64,000 nt of DNA from the human T2T-CHM13v2.0 reference genome, Homo sapiens. This document shows positions 26,584 through 40,419 of this stretch, in pieces. The notes beneath the pieces are model-generated. The model searched no databases and had not been told where the DNA came from. It worked only from the letters and a program-made list of their open reading frames with translations. The translations under genes and the position numbers were made by a program. Positions within the stretch are counted from its first letter, which is position 1; each line of letters opens with the position of its first letter. The stretch lies in the NCBI RefSeq assembly GCF_009914755.1, contig NC_060931.1; one strand, given 5' to 3'.

Positions 26584-26934
26584 ATTACTCTTGACTGCTT
26601 TCTGTTAGTTGGCATGATGTCATCTCTCTAGAGAGTCATAAATTTTGGACCTCAATGTTTGAAAACTGAATCGGGAATACATGATTAGAAAGATCAACAA
26701 TGTCTTCTCCCAGGACATTCCCATATGTATTTGTTTAATCTGTGTTTTCTATGCTGGACTGTAAGCCCATCAGAGTGAATCAAACAGGTACATCAGTCTC
26801 ATTAGCAGCTTCACCAGCTAATGAATGTCAGACACCATTAACCAAGAAATACTTTCTATTGAGGAAAATGGAAACTACATGAGGGTAGTTTGTTGTAGGG
26901 GAGATGCAAGGCAGGGATAGATTGGGGAAATATG

Positions 26935-27612
26935 ACCCAGAAGAAATGAAATCACTACCTTGTACAGATACCTGCACTCTCATGTTTATTACAGCATTAG
27001 CCACAATAATCAAGATATAGAAACAACCTGGGTGTCTATCGCCAAATGAATGGATAAACTGTGGTGTGTATATACATGTATACATACACAATGGAATATT
27101 ATTCCACCTTTAAAAGGGAGATCCTGTCATTTGCCATAACATGAATGTACCTGGAAAACATATTAAATGAAATAAGCCAGACAGAAAAGAAAAATATTGC
27201 GTGATCTTAGTTATACATGGAATAAAAAAGGTCAATGATACAGATAAAGAATAAAACAATGGTTACCAGGGCAAGGTGGGAAGGAGGAAATGGGGAGATA
27301 TAGGTCAAAGGATACAAGATAGAAGATATGTAGCATGAACAAGCCTAAAAATCTAAGGTATAACATGAGGACTATAGTTAATAATAGTATATGGCATTCA
27401 TTATTTTTGCTAAATGAGAGATTATAGCTGTTCTTGCCATAGACAAAAAAAAAAGAGTAACTATGTCAGGTGATGGATACGTTAATTTGTTTCACTATAA
27501 TAACCATTCTACTATATATGTATCTCAATGCTATCTTGCATAATTTAAATATACAAAATACACAAATTTAAATATACAAAATACAAAATTTTTAAAATTT
27601 TATTTTAAAAAT
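26935..27612 (+). mobile_element. L1MA 3' end (L1MA6/7-like)
   Basis: ORF2 end and 3' UTR motifs (ACAATGGAATATTATTC; AACATGAGGACTATAGTTAATAATAGT; GTGATGGATACGTTAATTTG). Confidence 0.8.
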
Positions 27613-27848
27613 GAAATGATTGGAAAGATATTTAGGAATTAAAATCAGCAGATTTGCCAATCTAATGAAGGATTACAGAAAACTATTCTCAATCTGTAAA
27701 CTAGGTTGTTGGATGGAGATGATACCTGCAAACAAGGAAGAAGCACATCAGGTGGAAGGCTAATTTTGTGGATTATGTGTTTGAAAGGCCTGTGGGAGGT
27801 GATAAGCAGGGAGTAATTGCAGATGTATTTAAATCTAAAATGCTGCAG

Positions 27849-28347
27849 TGTGATAGCAAAACAGTGGCCCCCAACGATAACTATGCTGTAATTCTAAGAA
27901 CTTGTGAATGTTATCTTACATGGCAAAAGGTACTTTGCATATGTCATTAAGGTTAAGAACCTACAGATGGGGAGAGTAGCTGGGATTACCCAGGTAGGCC
28001 CAATCTAATCATATGAGTCCTTTAAAGGAAAGAGTTAGCCAGCTGAAGAGAATCAGACATGGCAGCAGCATTGAGAAGGTGGGGCCCTTCTGTTGCTGGC
28101 TTTGAAGATGGAGAAAGGCAGCCCCGAGCCAAGAAATGCAGGCAGCCTCTAGAATAGGCTGGAAAAGGCAAGAAAATAGATTTGCTCACAGAGTCTCCAC
28201 AAGGAACCCAGGCCTGCTGACCACCTTGACTTTTGGCCTGGTGAAACAGATTTTAGACTCCTCACCTTCAAAACTATAATAAAGTCATGCCATTTTAAGC
28301 ACCAAGTTTATGATAATTTGTTATAGCAGCAATAGAAAACAAATATA
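27849..28347 (+). mobile_element. MLT1D-like solo LTR
   Basis: TGTGAATGTTATCTTACATGGCAAAAGG...; ends TTTGTTATAGCAGCAATAGAAAAC. Confidence 0.8.
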
Positions 28348-29074
28348 CCAACATCCTTCCTGCCACCCCCACCAAAAGAAACCGAAATGTATGAGACTTA
28401 TTGACACAGCTCTCTTGGGCCAGGTTTTCTGGAGCCAAGAAAGGAGGAAACTCTTCTCATTAATTCCCTTTGTGGGACATTTTCTTAATTGTTGGTCTGG
28501 GTTTTCACTGACAGAAAGCTGCAGAGTGAACTGTTGGGGAAGTATTCTTTGGTGCACACAGAAAATCAAGACACATTTATATTCAGTCAATGACAGAGTG
28601 AAAACCAGACTTCAAGAGAGAAATCCACACTCTCTGAGCCAGTTCCCATTCTCAATATGTAGCAGTTTCAATTTGCCCCATCACTAGTGAAACTCATCTG
28701 AGGGCTTCCTGAGAAGTCAGGTGAGCTGCATCTATGAGGAGTCTGACCCCGGCAGATCTGTGAGCATGGACATGTTTAGAAGCAATGTTCTAGGCTGCAT
28801 AGTTTTTTTTTTTTTTTTTCCTATCTCTCTTCCTTGTTCAACATTACAATCCACTCTCAAGTGTGTATGGAGAATCGGAAAAGGGCCTGTCTGGCCACTG
28901 TGGGAAAAAAAAACAAAAAGAGTACCAGGCGAGACCACAGTGATGGTACTTGAGATGGGCACAAGCTGAGAACGTGCATCTAGTGAAGTGGCCTGATGTT
29001 TAACCTTGTGGTTAAAAGGGGGTTATGGGCTTTTGGGTGGATAACAATCTTTCCTTAAATACCAAGGAGAGTGC

Positions 29075-30840
29075 ATCCTGTCAGCATACCTTGTCACTGC
29101 TGATATTACCGTGGATTGCCTGGCTGCAACATCGTTGTCCATTTTCTCCACTGTAAAGTTACTCTTTTTCAATCTTTCCACGTTATACTCTTTAAAAGGA
29201 AGCCACTATGTACAGCCTGCATGGAAGGAGTGGGGAGTTATGTTCTGACTTCTTGAATGTAGAGTATCTACACAAGTTATTTGGAATTTTTCTACATGGG
29301 ATGTTTGTCTATTCTCTTCCATTTATTCAATTATTTTTAGTATATGGACTGCGTGTTTACTTACACTTTGGTTTACCATTTGTTACTATATTTTGCTGCT
29401 CAAATTGTTCTAGCTTTGGCCATTGCGTGTTGTTTCAGTTGGCACCTATGTCCTTTTGACATACCATCATCAATGTGTTTTGTATATTTCAAGCACTTCT
29501 TTAACTTCTGGTACTACAAAATGCTCCAGGCTCATCTTATAAATTTCCTGCTGTGTTACTGAAATCAGTCACTCTTTCTTTCCAAGAAATTCTGGTTACT
29601 TTTGTTGGTGAACAGTATTAGAAATCAAGATCTGGGTTAGATGTACTCATTGCTACTGGGGAATTGTTGCTTCTAAGGCCTCCTCAGCTAGCAGAGTAAT
29701 AAAATATGAGTATACTAACTTGTGTATATATATACTTAAATATTTCATGTGTAACTATATTTGTCTAGATTAGGCAGAAAATGAGACCATACAGATGCCT
29801 ACAACTCCAGTCCATTACCACATGGATCATTCTACGTTCCTGCCCTTCCCTATCTCTAACCTCAGACTCGAATATTGACAAACTTGGCTCCCACTGCTCA
29901 CCATCCATTTTACTGAACTGTTCAATTCACGTATACTTATATAGAGGTTTCAGATTTATTACTCATACCCCCAAGAAAAACGACTTTATCAACTCACTTT
30001 ATCAACTACAGCACAGTGCTTGCGTTGAGGTCTGTTAACCTTATTCTTGCACATCTTATTTCCAAGGTTAATTAGGTCAGCACTTTACCCCGACTCCTTT
30101 CAACAAGGCTGTTTCACACATTTGTAATACAGTTAGATTCTTCTGTCATAATCTTCATTTGATCATGTGATCCCACAACTATTTAAGTGATTTAAAAAAA
30201 TACATATATTTAATGGTGAGTTTTTTTCTGCTATAAAGTTCTGTGGGTACAGTGTCATAGAGCCATCATTTTAGTTCCATATATGATGGTTTATCCACCC
30301 CCAAAACTCCTGTTTCACCTATGTAACCACTCTTTAGTCCCTAGCACCACTGATCTATTATCTTTATAATTTTTCTTCCATAATATCATATGAATGGAAT
30401 TATATAATATGTAGCATTTTCAGACTGGTTGCTTTCACTTAACAGTACGTATTTAAGATTTCCATGCCTCTGCATAGCTTGATAGCTCATTTCTTAAAAT
30501 CATTGAATAGTATCCTATTGAGTGGGTGTACCACTTCTGGTTTATCCATTTACATTTACTTATTGAAGGACATTTGTATTGTTTCCCATTGTTTTGCAAT
30601 TACAAATAAAGCTGCAGTAGAAATTCATGTGCAAGTATTTGTGTGGACATAAATCTTCAGATAAGTTAGTTAGGGAAATAGTAGGAACTTGATTGTTGGA
30701 TTGTATGGTGAAACCATGTTAAACTTTGTAAGAAACTTCAAAACTGTCTTGCAAATTGGCCATATTATTTTGTGTATCTGCCAGCAATGATTGAGAGTTC
30801 TTGTCGCTTTGCATCTTTGCCAGCAATTGGTATTGTCAGG
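29075..30840 (-). mobile_element. Old L1 3' region (L1MD-like)
   Basis: Antisense L1M 3' UTR and ORF2 end (TTCTCCACTGTAAAGTTACT; TACAAAATGCTCCAGGCTCATCTT; TTACAAATAAAGCTGC). Confidence 0.75.
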
Positions 30841-33800
30841 ACATCGTAATTTTAGTTCAGGGAGACTTATATAATACTTCTCATGTAAAGAACCATAAGA
30901 TAATAAATTTGCATTGTCTTAAACACAATATGTATACTCATTTGTTATAGAAGCAATGGAAATCCAATACATGTACACAGAGTTTCTTTTAAAGAATATG
31001 GAAATGTTTGTGTTTATCTTCTGGTCCACATCCAATTATGTCTTCCTTAGGGGCTGAATGCCATAATTTCATCAATAACTTACAAACCTATTTGTGAGCA
31101 GAAGAGATAATAATATTATTGTATTTCTTCTCTCACTTTGTAAGAAAGCACCAGCTAGTAATATGCCATTATGAGACATTAGTTTCCAAATTCCCCAGCT
31201 ACCTACCTATAATATAAATAAATCTTAATAACTACTGATTTTAAAAATCTACTTTGAAGCTCAAGAAAATATTATCAAAAATGTTTATGTAGCAAGTTAA
31301 ATGTAACTTTGTTTTTTCTTTTCCAATTTCTTTTTAAAATGTCTCTTCGCTTAGTCTCATTTATAGGACTTCCTTGACACTTTCAGTTCTTTGAACTACA
31401 CCTTTTGTTAATTTTTTAGATTTATTAAGATTTTAGGGAAAAATAAAGAAAATTCAAGAGTGAAAAACTCAGTTATTTTGAGAAATATTTTTTATGACTA
31501 ATATAACAGTGCAGAACTAAAAATGTCATCTATAAACATTGGTTTCCGTAGATCTGTTCCTCTAAGCAATTTCTTACTGCTTTTTGCTTTTCTTTTAATA
31601 CATTTCCTGTTTCTAGTCTATAATTTCTGCTTAATTCTTTCCTATATTGGGCCGTCAACTCATTCTGTCATCTGCTTTATTTCCCTCTACATTAAACAAT
31701 CACTTCCAGAGTACTTTCATTCAATATTTATACAAAAGGGGGGTTTTAATTGAAATTCATTAGAAAAAAAGCTAATTACTAACTTTTTAAAGAATAGATT
31801 CTTTTTCACCCTCCATTGAGAGATATGTTACAAGCAATGTGCTAAAACTATATTAGCATGATTTTAACACATGAATTCCCTGATTCCCAATCCTTTCACA
31901 GTTCTCCTTTATATCAAGATTTCATAAGCATTATACATTAAAAAAACAGTGAGAAGTACGTAATAGAGTATACCTACCAATATTTAGTATATTGGAGAAA
32001 AGCAGGAATACAAACATCCTATAAATGGCAACATATCTGATCATGAGATGACTGGAATAAATAAAAGCACAATTTATACTTAATTTATACTCACCTGAGA
32101 TGTAGAACAGTTAATGCTTAGTCTTTGATCGCAGCAGAACATACAGATGATTTCTGCTAACATCAAAGATGAAAAGAGCATTAATTGTTCTACTTTTCAG
32201 TTGAACATATTATCAACTACAGCAAGACATGATATTCTTTACTTTAGAACTTTACAGTCTAAAGGGAGAATGACAAATATAAATGTAACTATAAGGTAAA
32301 ATATGATCACTATCATAAAATAAAGGGTTTGATGACCTCAAAGGAAAGAGAAAGTGTGTCTCCTTGAGGGAACCAGGCTAAGTCTCAAGGAGGAGAGACC
32401 ATTTGGGTTGGACTGATTAAAAAGTTGACAAGAAGAAGGGAACATGCTGAGCAAAGCTAGAGCGGGGAGGTAATAGTGATAGTTAAGAAACATGAACTAA
32501 TCCAGCACAGGTTTGGGGTAGGTCAGGAGTAAGCAATAAGTAAAAAATTTGGCTAGATCTATATTTATTGAAGTCCTTAAAAATAGCCACCAAAGACTTT
32601 TGATTATTTTAACAAAGCTATCTAAGGCAAATTGGATGAAATATTAACATGATTGGGTTAAGAGGTCATCTCAGTTGTCTCTCTAGGTCTAGATTTCAAA
32701 CGATAGTGTGCATACTTGTCTCTGGAGCAAATAAAAAAGCCAATGACTGTGACTAGGCCCAACCCTTGATTATGATTCACTTCATAAGCTATGGGGCCCA
32801 GAAATCCATATTTTTTATCAGGTGACTCTGTGCACATTAGTTTGAAGTTTGAGTGTCTAAGTGAAAGGAGAAAGCCTGACCTTGAGTGTGTCAGAAGAAA
32901 TGGCTAATAGGTTATAGGTGAGATCAACCTGGCACTCTGACTGTAAAACCTGAATTTTTATACATGACTCAGTTTCAGTTCTGAGGCTTATTTTACTGAA
33001 GCATCAAAAACAATCAACGTTTCTTAAACTATACAGTGCTAATTCTCAGAATTGCTTCCTGAAGGTGACTGTAAAACTGAGCACTACCTTAACATACATG
33101 GTTTGTGGTTGGATCTAACAGGTTGGGACTAAATTGAGACTGCTTCTTATCCTCCTAATGTCTTAAAAGCCTGGTTGGGCTGCTAAGAGAGATTACAGGA
33201 AAAGAATACAGATGAGTTTGAATTCTCCCAGGGCAGGGATATTAACTAATTTGTCTCTTGTAACAGGGTCAATGTTTGTGGAATGAATAAATGAGTGAGT
33301 GAATGAATAAACAGGAAATGTGGTTGACTTTTGATGAAAGTTTATAGGACAGTCGTTCAAACACTATCAGAAAATCTAATGTCACCAATGTCCTATAAAA
33401 TATTGTTCCAGGAAGGCGCTATGACTTTCTACCACAACTGGAAGCAAATGTAACACAAAAAGCAAAAACCTCCTTATTCTTTGTTGGCCTATATCTCCTA
33501 TCCCAAAAAATACTTCCTTTTTCCTTGGAAAATTCTGGCAAAGATGTCATGAAGCTCCCCCTTAGAAGAGAGCCTCAAGGCAATACAGTTTGCTACAAGG
33601 CAAACTTTATTTGCTCCTAAGAATTGTAGCTGCAATAAACTCTGCATGAACAGTATTTACAAATATTCCATCACTTAGTGGAAAAAAATCTTGGGTGCTG
33701 CTAAGAATGTGTCTGGCTGGACAATGTTAAATTTTGGAAAACAACTATTTTCTAGGCTGTTTACTAGAATATAACTATCATCAAAATATATTCATGGAGC

Positions 33801-34551
33801 ATTTTTTTTAAAACAGTGAGAATGCCTGTAGTTCAGTAGCTACTGAAGTAATCTCTCCTGTGAAAAGGAGGAGGCCAGCAATAAAGAACAGCATCTCTAC
33901 ATTTATACCCATACAGTATTATTTCTAATATGTTCGACTTGAATTCTCACTTAGATAAATAGATTCCATATGAACCTAATTAACTGGCGTTTCAGTTTCC
34001 AAAATGTTATGTAAAATGTAGTGTTTTAAATTGAAAAAATGCAGATGGGAATCTTGAAGGTGTTTGATTTATAGCTGATGCAACAGTTCCTTTTTCTGTT
34101 ACAGCAGAATACTAACATTATGCTTAGATGATTTAAAGTAGATGCTGTTTATTTTATTTGACTTTCACTAGGATTATAAAGATGACAGTGCTCTACTACA
34201 GAAGAGATTTTCTTATTCTAACAGACAAATGCATTTCTAGCCATTATATCACGGCATACATTTTCACAATGTAAATAGCTATTTAATGGAAATGATGAGG
34301 CCACTAATGTAGACAAAGTAGCTATTGTCTGAGAGCCCCTGAGTCATCTTGTGTCACAGAAAATATAGTTATTAGTTTTAATCATAACCCTATGGCATTT
34401 TAGAAACCTTAGTATCTAACTTCAATATATAGAGATATATAATTAGGAAAATACTTAGACTTAAATTCCACATTGACTGGCATTATAAACTTTGCTTTCT
34501 AGTAATAATTAGATGGCTGATCAGAAACTATGTATTACATGGCCTTCCTTA

Positions 34552-34896
<345 letters not shown>

Positions 34897-35214
34897 CTAT
34901 TTTAACAATGGTCAATTATCACAGTCAATTCCATTTAAAAGTAATTTTTGATGCAAAAATATGTCATATCGAACTATTTTCCTAATGGGTTACAATATTG
35001 ACATTATATTCTTAGGCTCTTGCAAATTATAATTAAAGGTATATTCTATCTGGAAAATGAATGTGTCAGTGATTTCTTTCTTTTTTTTTTTTAGATAACT
35101 GTGTTTGCCATACGTTTATCATCTAGGCATATGCTGAACTGTTGTGTATGTTCAATAAATAATTAATAAGAATATGAATGTATTTTAGATTTGCTTAGAA
35201 ATATAATCAACATA

Positions 35215-35503
<289 letters not shown>

Positions 35504-35730
35504 TTATGCATCATATACCATTTTAACAGTGGTCAATTACCACAGTCAATTCCATTTAAAAGAAATTTCTGATGCAAACATATTTCATAAAATTAACCAT
35601 ATGGCATTTTAGAAACCTTAGTATCAATTTTTTTACTGCCTGATGGGTTACAATATTGACATTATATTCTTAGGTTCTTGCAAATTATAATTAAAGGTAT
35701 ATTCTATCTGGAAAATGAATGTGTTAGTGA

Positions 35731-35732
35731 TT

Positions 35733-35782
<50 letters not shown>
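35731..35782. repeat. (TTTC)13 microsatellite
   Basis: Pure tetranucleotide run. Confidence 0.95.
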
Positions 35783-35784
<2 letters not shown>

Positions 35785-35908
35785 TTAGAACCATGTTTGC
35801 CATATGTTTATCATCTAGGCATATGTTGAACTATTGTGTATGTTTAATAAATACTTAATAAGAATATGAATGTATTTATTAGATTTGTTTAGAACTGTAC
35901 TCAGAATA

Positions 35909-36281
<373 letters not shown>

Positions 36282-38974
36282 TTAGATTAAATACTGGCAG
36301 CTAACTGCAGGCCCCAGTCCTGTAACTAAAGCTAAGAAGACCCCTCCTTGCCCCAACAAAAAAGAAGTGTGTTTTCACTTTCACTTTCACATTCTTCACA
36401 ATGTTCAATATAAACACTGAAGTTATATTGAGTAGCAACTTTTATTTGACATTTAATTTTTTGTTTTATCATGAATTTTCTAATTTCAGTTGAGTTTTTT
36501 GCTATTTATTGGCTTAGAAGTGTTTTGGCTTTCATATGCTAGACAATACTTTGAGTAAATACAGTGAAGGACTGTGAGAAAGTTAAATTTGTGGCACTTT
36601 TCATCTAAAACAAGAAAAAATGGAAATTCCCAAAGAAAGATGAGTAACTCTTTAAGCCATTTCTGCTGAATGGATGTTTCATACTAATGTTATGGGGAAG
36701 TATTAAAATACTGTAAAAGGAACTAATCCAAGTATTAGTGTCTTAGAAGAAAAGCCACTGGGTGCTTAAAACATGGGTGGAGATTTCTTAGTGTGTATTG
36801 ATTGTTTATGAAATGTCAAAATACTACTAAAGTGTATGAGAAGAAAATAAAAGCTACTAGCATTTGAGGACACATTTACATGACAGATCTTACGAGCGTA
36901 TTTCCTGGAAATGTTTCACTGATTGATTTCATCACTCATTTATTTATTGCAACACTTATTCAATACTTTACATAAGTTAAATTGAGGAGATTCAAAGAGG
37001 AGCTTTGTTCTTTGGCCTAATGGAACCAATACAGTGCTTCCTTGTGCCCCAGTGCTTCAGAGTTATTAGTGAACATAGTTCCTTCCATTTGTACTTTAGC
37101 CCCTCTCTTAATTTTCAGAAATGAATCCAGGCAGTAAACAAGGCTGACTAACAGATAGCAGGATGCACTCACAATTGAGATACTGTTATTGAGCCAATTT
37201 CCCTGTCTGACACACCCTTCTCTTAGAAGGATGTCTTTCTGTGGCTCCTACATGAAACAAGTAAAATGATTCCCAACAGGCTCTTCTACCAGGGTACAAA
37301 TCACACCCAAACATGATGGCATTGGGCAAAGCTTAGGCTCCAACAGAGATTTTCTATTAAAGTTAGATTGAGTTCAGGTTGGGAAGCATATCCTCTGTCA
37401 AGCCAAGGAGTGGCTTGGATTTTATCTCGTAGGAAATAGGAATAGGTTCTTTGGAAAAACTGAAGGATGAATAGGACTTGGGTGGATAATTGAATGGGTT
37501 CTTGGGTGAATGAACTGATTGAAACGTGATTATGGAAAAATGTAGCATTAAATATGTGCTTTTCCTGAGAAATTTTAAATTGGTTTAAAATTAGCTAAGC
37601 AATGACCTTGGAATAATGGAGCTTAGTTCAAAGCTACAATTCACAATTGTTGTCAACTCTTCACTTTAAAAAGTGAATATTGTTCAGATGTGCAAAAGGG
37701 TTACACAAGAGTCCCAAAGAAGTCACAGGCCAGAAGTGTAGCTGATGGGTGATAGGAAAACCAGGTCTGTAGAAAAATTTCCCTGTTCATTACCATCCTC
37801 CTGAGTTTCTCCTTCCAACATCCTTATGTTCTACTTGCGTATTCTTATCATTTTGCAACCTCTTTACTTCTGGGCAAATAGGAAAACAGGCAGCTTTATC
37901 TTTGGAGTTGACTCTGAGGAAAATTCTTCTGGTGTCAAAGGAATGATTTGGATTAAAAATCTGAGGCTGAAACAATTTTAATGTTTATTTAAAATGAACT
38001 TTTCCACTAAACCTGTCTCATCAGATAACAACACTAAATATCATAGCTTACACACACAAATTTTATTTGGCCACAGGAAGAAAATAGGGAATAGAATTCA
38101 GTAATCAGAATATACCACACTGATGATACTATCTTATTACCATCAGTAATAAAATCAAAATATTACTCATTCTTCTTCCTCAGAATTCACTCACAGGGTT
38201 TGCATAGATCCTATGAGTCATGGTAGCATCTTCAGCCCTGGGAAACTGCCCTCTCTTTTTTGGCTCCACCTCCACCACCCCAAAAACCACACGGAGAGAT
38301 GGAGAAGGGCTTGATTAAGAAGCTGCGAAGTTGCCTTAACATTGTTGTTTTCAAACTCACACTGCAGACACAATGCTTTGCGAACTTAAGATAATCATAT
38401 TTCAGATAGAGATACCAGAGGCCGTTTCTCCAGCAGGTTCCTGCAGTGGTTTTTATGTCTTGAAATTCCAATTCAAGATTGGTTTGAGCCCTGGAAACTG
38501 AGATATTAGAACAATCAGATTATCTCATCAAAACAGATTGAGCATACTTTTATAACTCACACTGATCTTGGCAACAAAAGGATTTTGGTAGATGATTAAA
38601 CTTTAGAAAGTGAAAGTAATATTTAGTTTGATCTTTATATGAGGCAATAATTCTATCAATTATAAGGATATTTCTTCTGAAATTTTCACTTTATCTTTAG
38701 TACCTATTTTTCCCCAGTATTTTTACCCATATTTCCCTAAAATTGAGATACCTGGGCTAAAACTGTTTTTTTTCCTTTATATGTTTCTATGCTTCGCTGT
38801 CAAATTAGGTTCAACTGATAAGAAAAAGCAAGTATAAGAGCGAGCTTTTGTTTCCTTAGCTGTACTCCTTGAACCCACTTCTCCATCACCTTCCCACCAC
38901 CCACCCCATTGACAAAGATATTTCAGAAAAACTTTGAAGACTGTAGATCTGATATGAAGTAGTCCACCATTTAA

Positions 38975-39240
38975 AGCATTCTCCAGGGTGCAATATCGCC
39001 CCTAACAATGGGTCAGTCTTTAGGGGTGGGGGGAGCATCGGTTCTCAGCAGGCAAAATCTTAGCTATTAAATTGGCTGTGGCCCTCCAGAAAATTTATGT
39101 ACTACATATCTGTACATATACAAATATGTGATGTATCTAGGGTAATAAAATTTCATAGGAGCTTTGGATAAGGGAGAAATAGCCTAAAAAGATGCTGTAA
39201 GGAAGCAGTAGTAAAACTTAAAAAGGTTAACAAACACTGC
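38975..39240. mobile_element. hAT-Charlie-type MITE, subfamily uncertain
   Basis: GCAATATCGCCCC...AAAATCTTAG...GTGGCCCTCCA...AAAAAGGTTAACAAACACTG, resembling Charlie-type TIRs. Confidence 0.5.
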
Positions 39241-39732
39241 TTTAAAGACTATAGCCTCCTATTCTCTTCTAAAAGAATTGCATAGAAACAGTCCCTTTCC
39301 TAGTGCCCGCTCATGAGCTCCTTTATTTTGTCCTTCTCTGTTTTCCTAATACTGTGTTTCTATATGGTTTGAATATCATGTATTCAGATTTGACAATTTT
39401 CTTCTGCCTGCAAGCATTTTTAGTAGTACTTCTGTCTTTGCTAAACTAATTTGTAATTAGGAAAGAACCCATCTAGAGTGTATGCTTGTTAAACATCCTG
39501 TTGATTGATCTTTTTGATAACTGAATCTTTCTTTATCATTACTATTATATCACTTTGCCTTAAAACTGTTAATTTCCACAGCATCTCTGGCTAGGAAATC
39601 AGGGTTGCCTTGAGTTATTTCACGGGTGACAATTTCCTTTTTTGTTCAAATCTCTTTTTGTGGCATATATGCCATTTCTCATTTATTTAAAATATGATTT
39701 GACAACATATTTTCATCCTTATTTTATATGTA

Positions 39733-40057
39733 CAGTTGACATTTTGCACAATGCAGGAGTTGGGGAAATCAACCCCCCTCTGTGTCTAACTTTTGACTCC
39801 CCAGAAACTTAACTACTAATAGCCTACCCTTGACTGAAAGCCCTGACAATAACATACACACATAAACAGTCGATTAGCACATATTTTGTATGTTACATGT
39901 GTGATATACTATACTCTTAAAATAAGCTAGAGAGAAGAAAGTGTTATTAAGAATCATACAGAAGGGGAGGTAGGTGCACTCAGTGTCACTTTTATTTTAA
40001 AAATCTGCACATAAGTGGGCCCGAGTAGCTCAAATGTCTGTTGTTCAAGGGTCAAGT
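39733..40057 (-). mobile_element. Tigger2a-like DNA transposon
   Basis: TA-flanked TIRs CAGTTGAC... / ...TTGTTCAAGGGTCAA; internal AACTTTTGACTCCCC...AACTTAACTACTAATAGCCTAC. Confidence 0.82.
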
Positions 40058-40419
40058 ATAAATATATACACATATGTATATGTGTATGCTAAATTGTGTC
40101 TATAGATTGGCTAAGCTGAAAAGCACAGCCTTCCTTAAATATCCAATTATATGTGCATATTGCAAGCTGACCAAATATTACATGTTTTCCACATGTATAT
40201 TTAGTGATCAGTTGTGTTCTTTTTTAAAAAAATTGTCCTCATTCAGATGTTTTTAAAACATGAAATTGGCTTTTTAATAGTTTGTTGTAGGCTTCTTTTT
40301 AAGGAAAACTGATATATAGTTAAGAAAATGCAATTACTATTCACAAGGGGAAAAGCACAAATATTAAATGCATAAGTTATTACAGCAAATTAACATGGCC
40401 TTACAAATATTTCATACTG

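Noticed and set aside
27541-27590. Short tandem duplication in an L1 tail (similar ones at 50490-50530 and 58410-58472)
   Set aside because: Ordinary slippage-type tandem duplications in low-complexity or repeat DNA.
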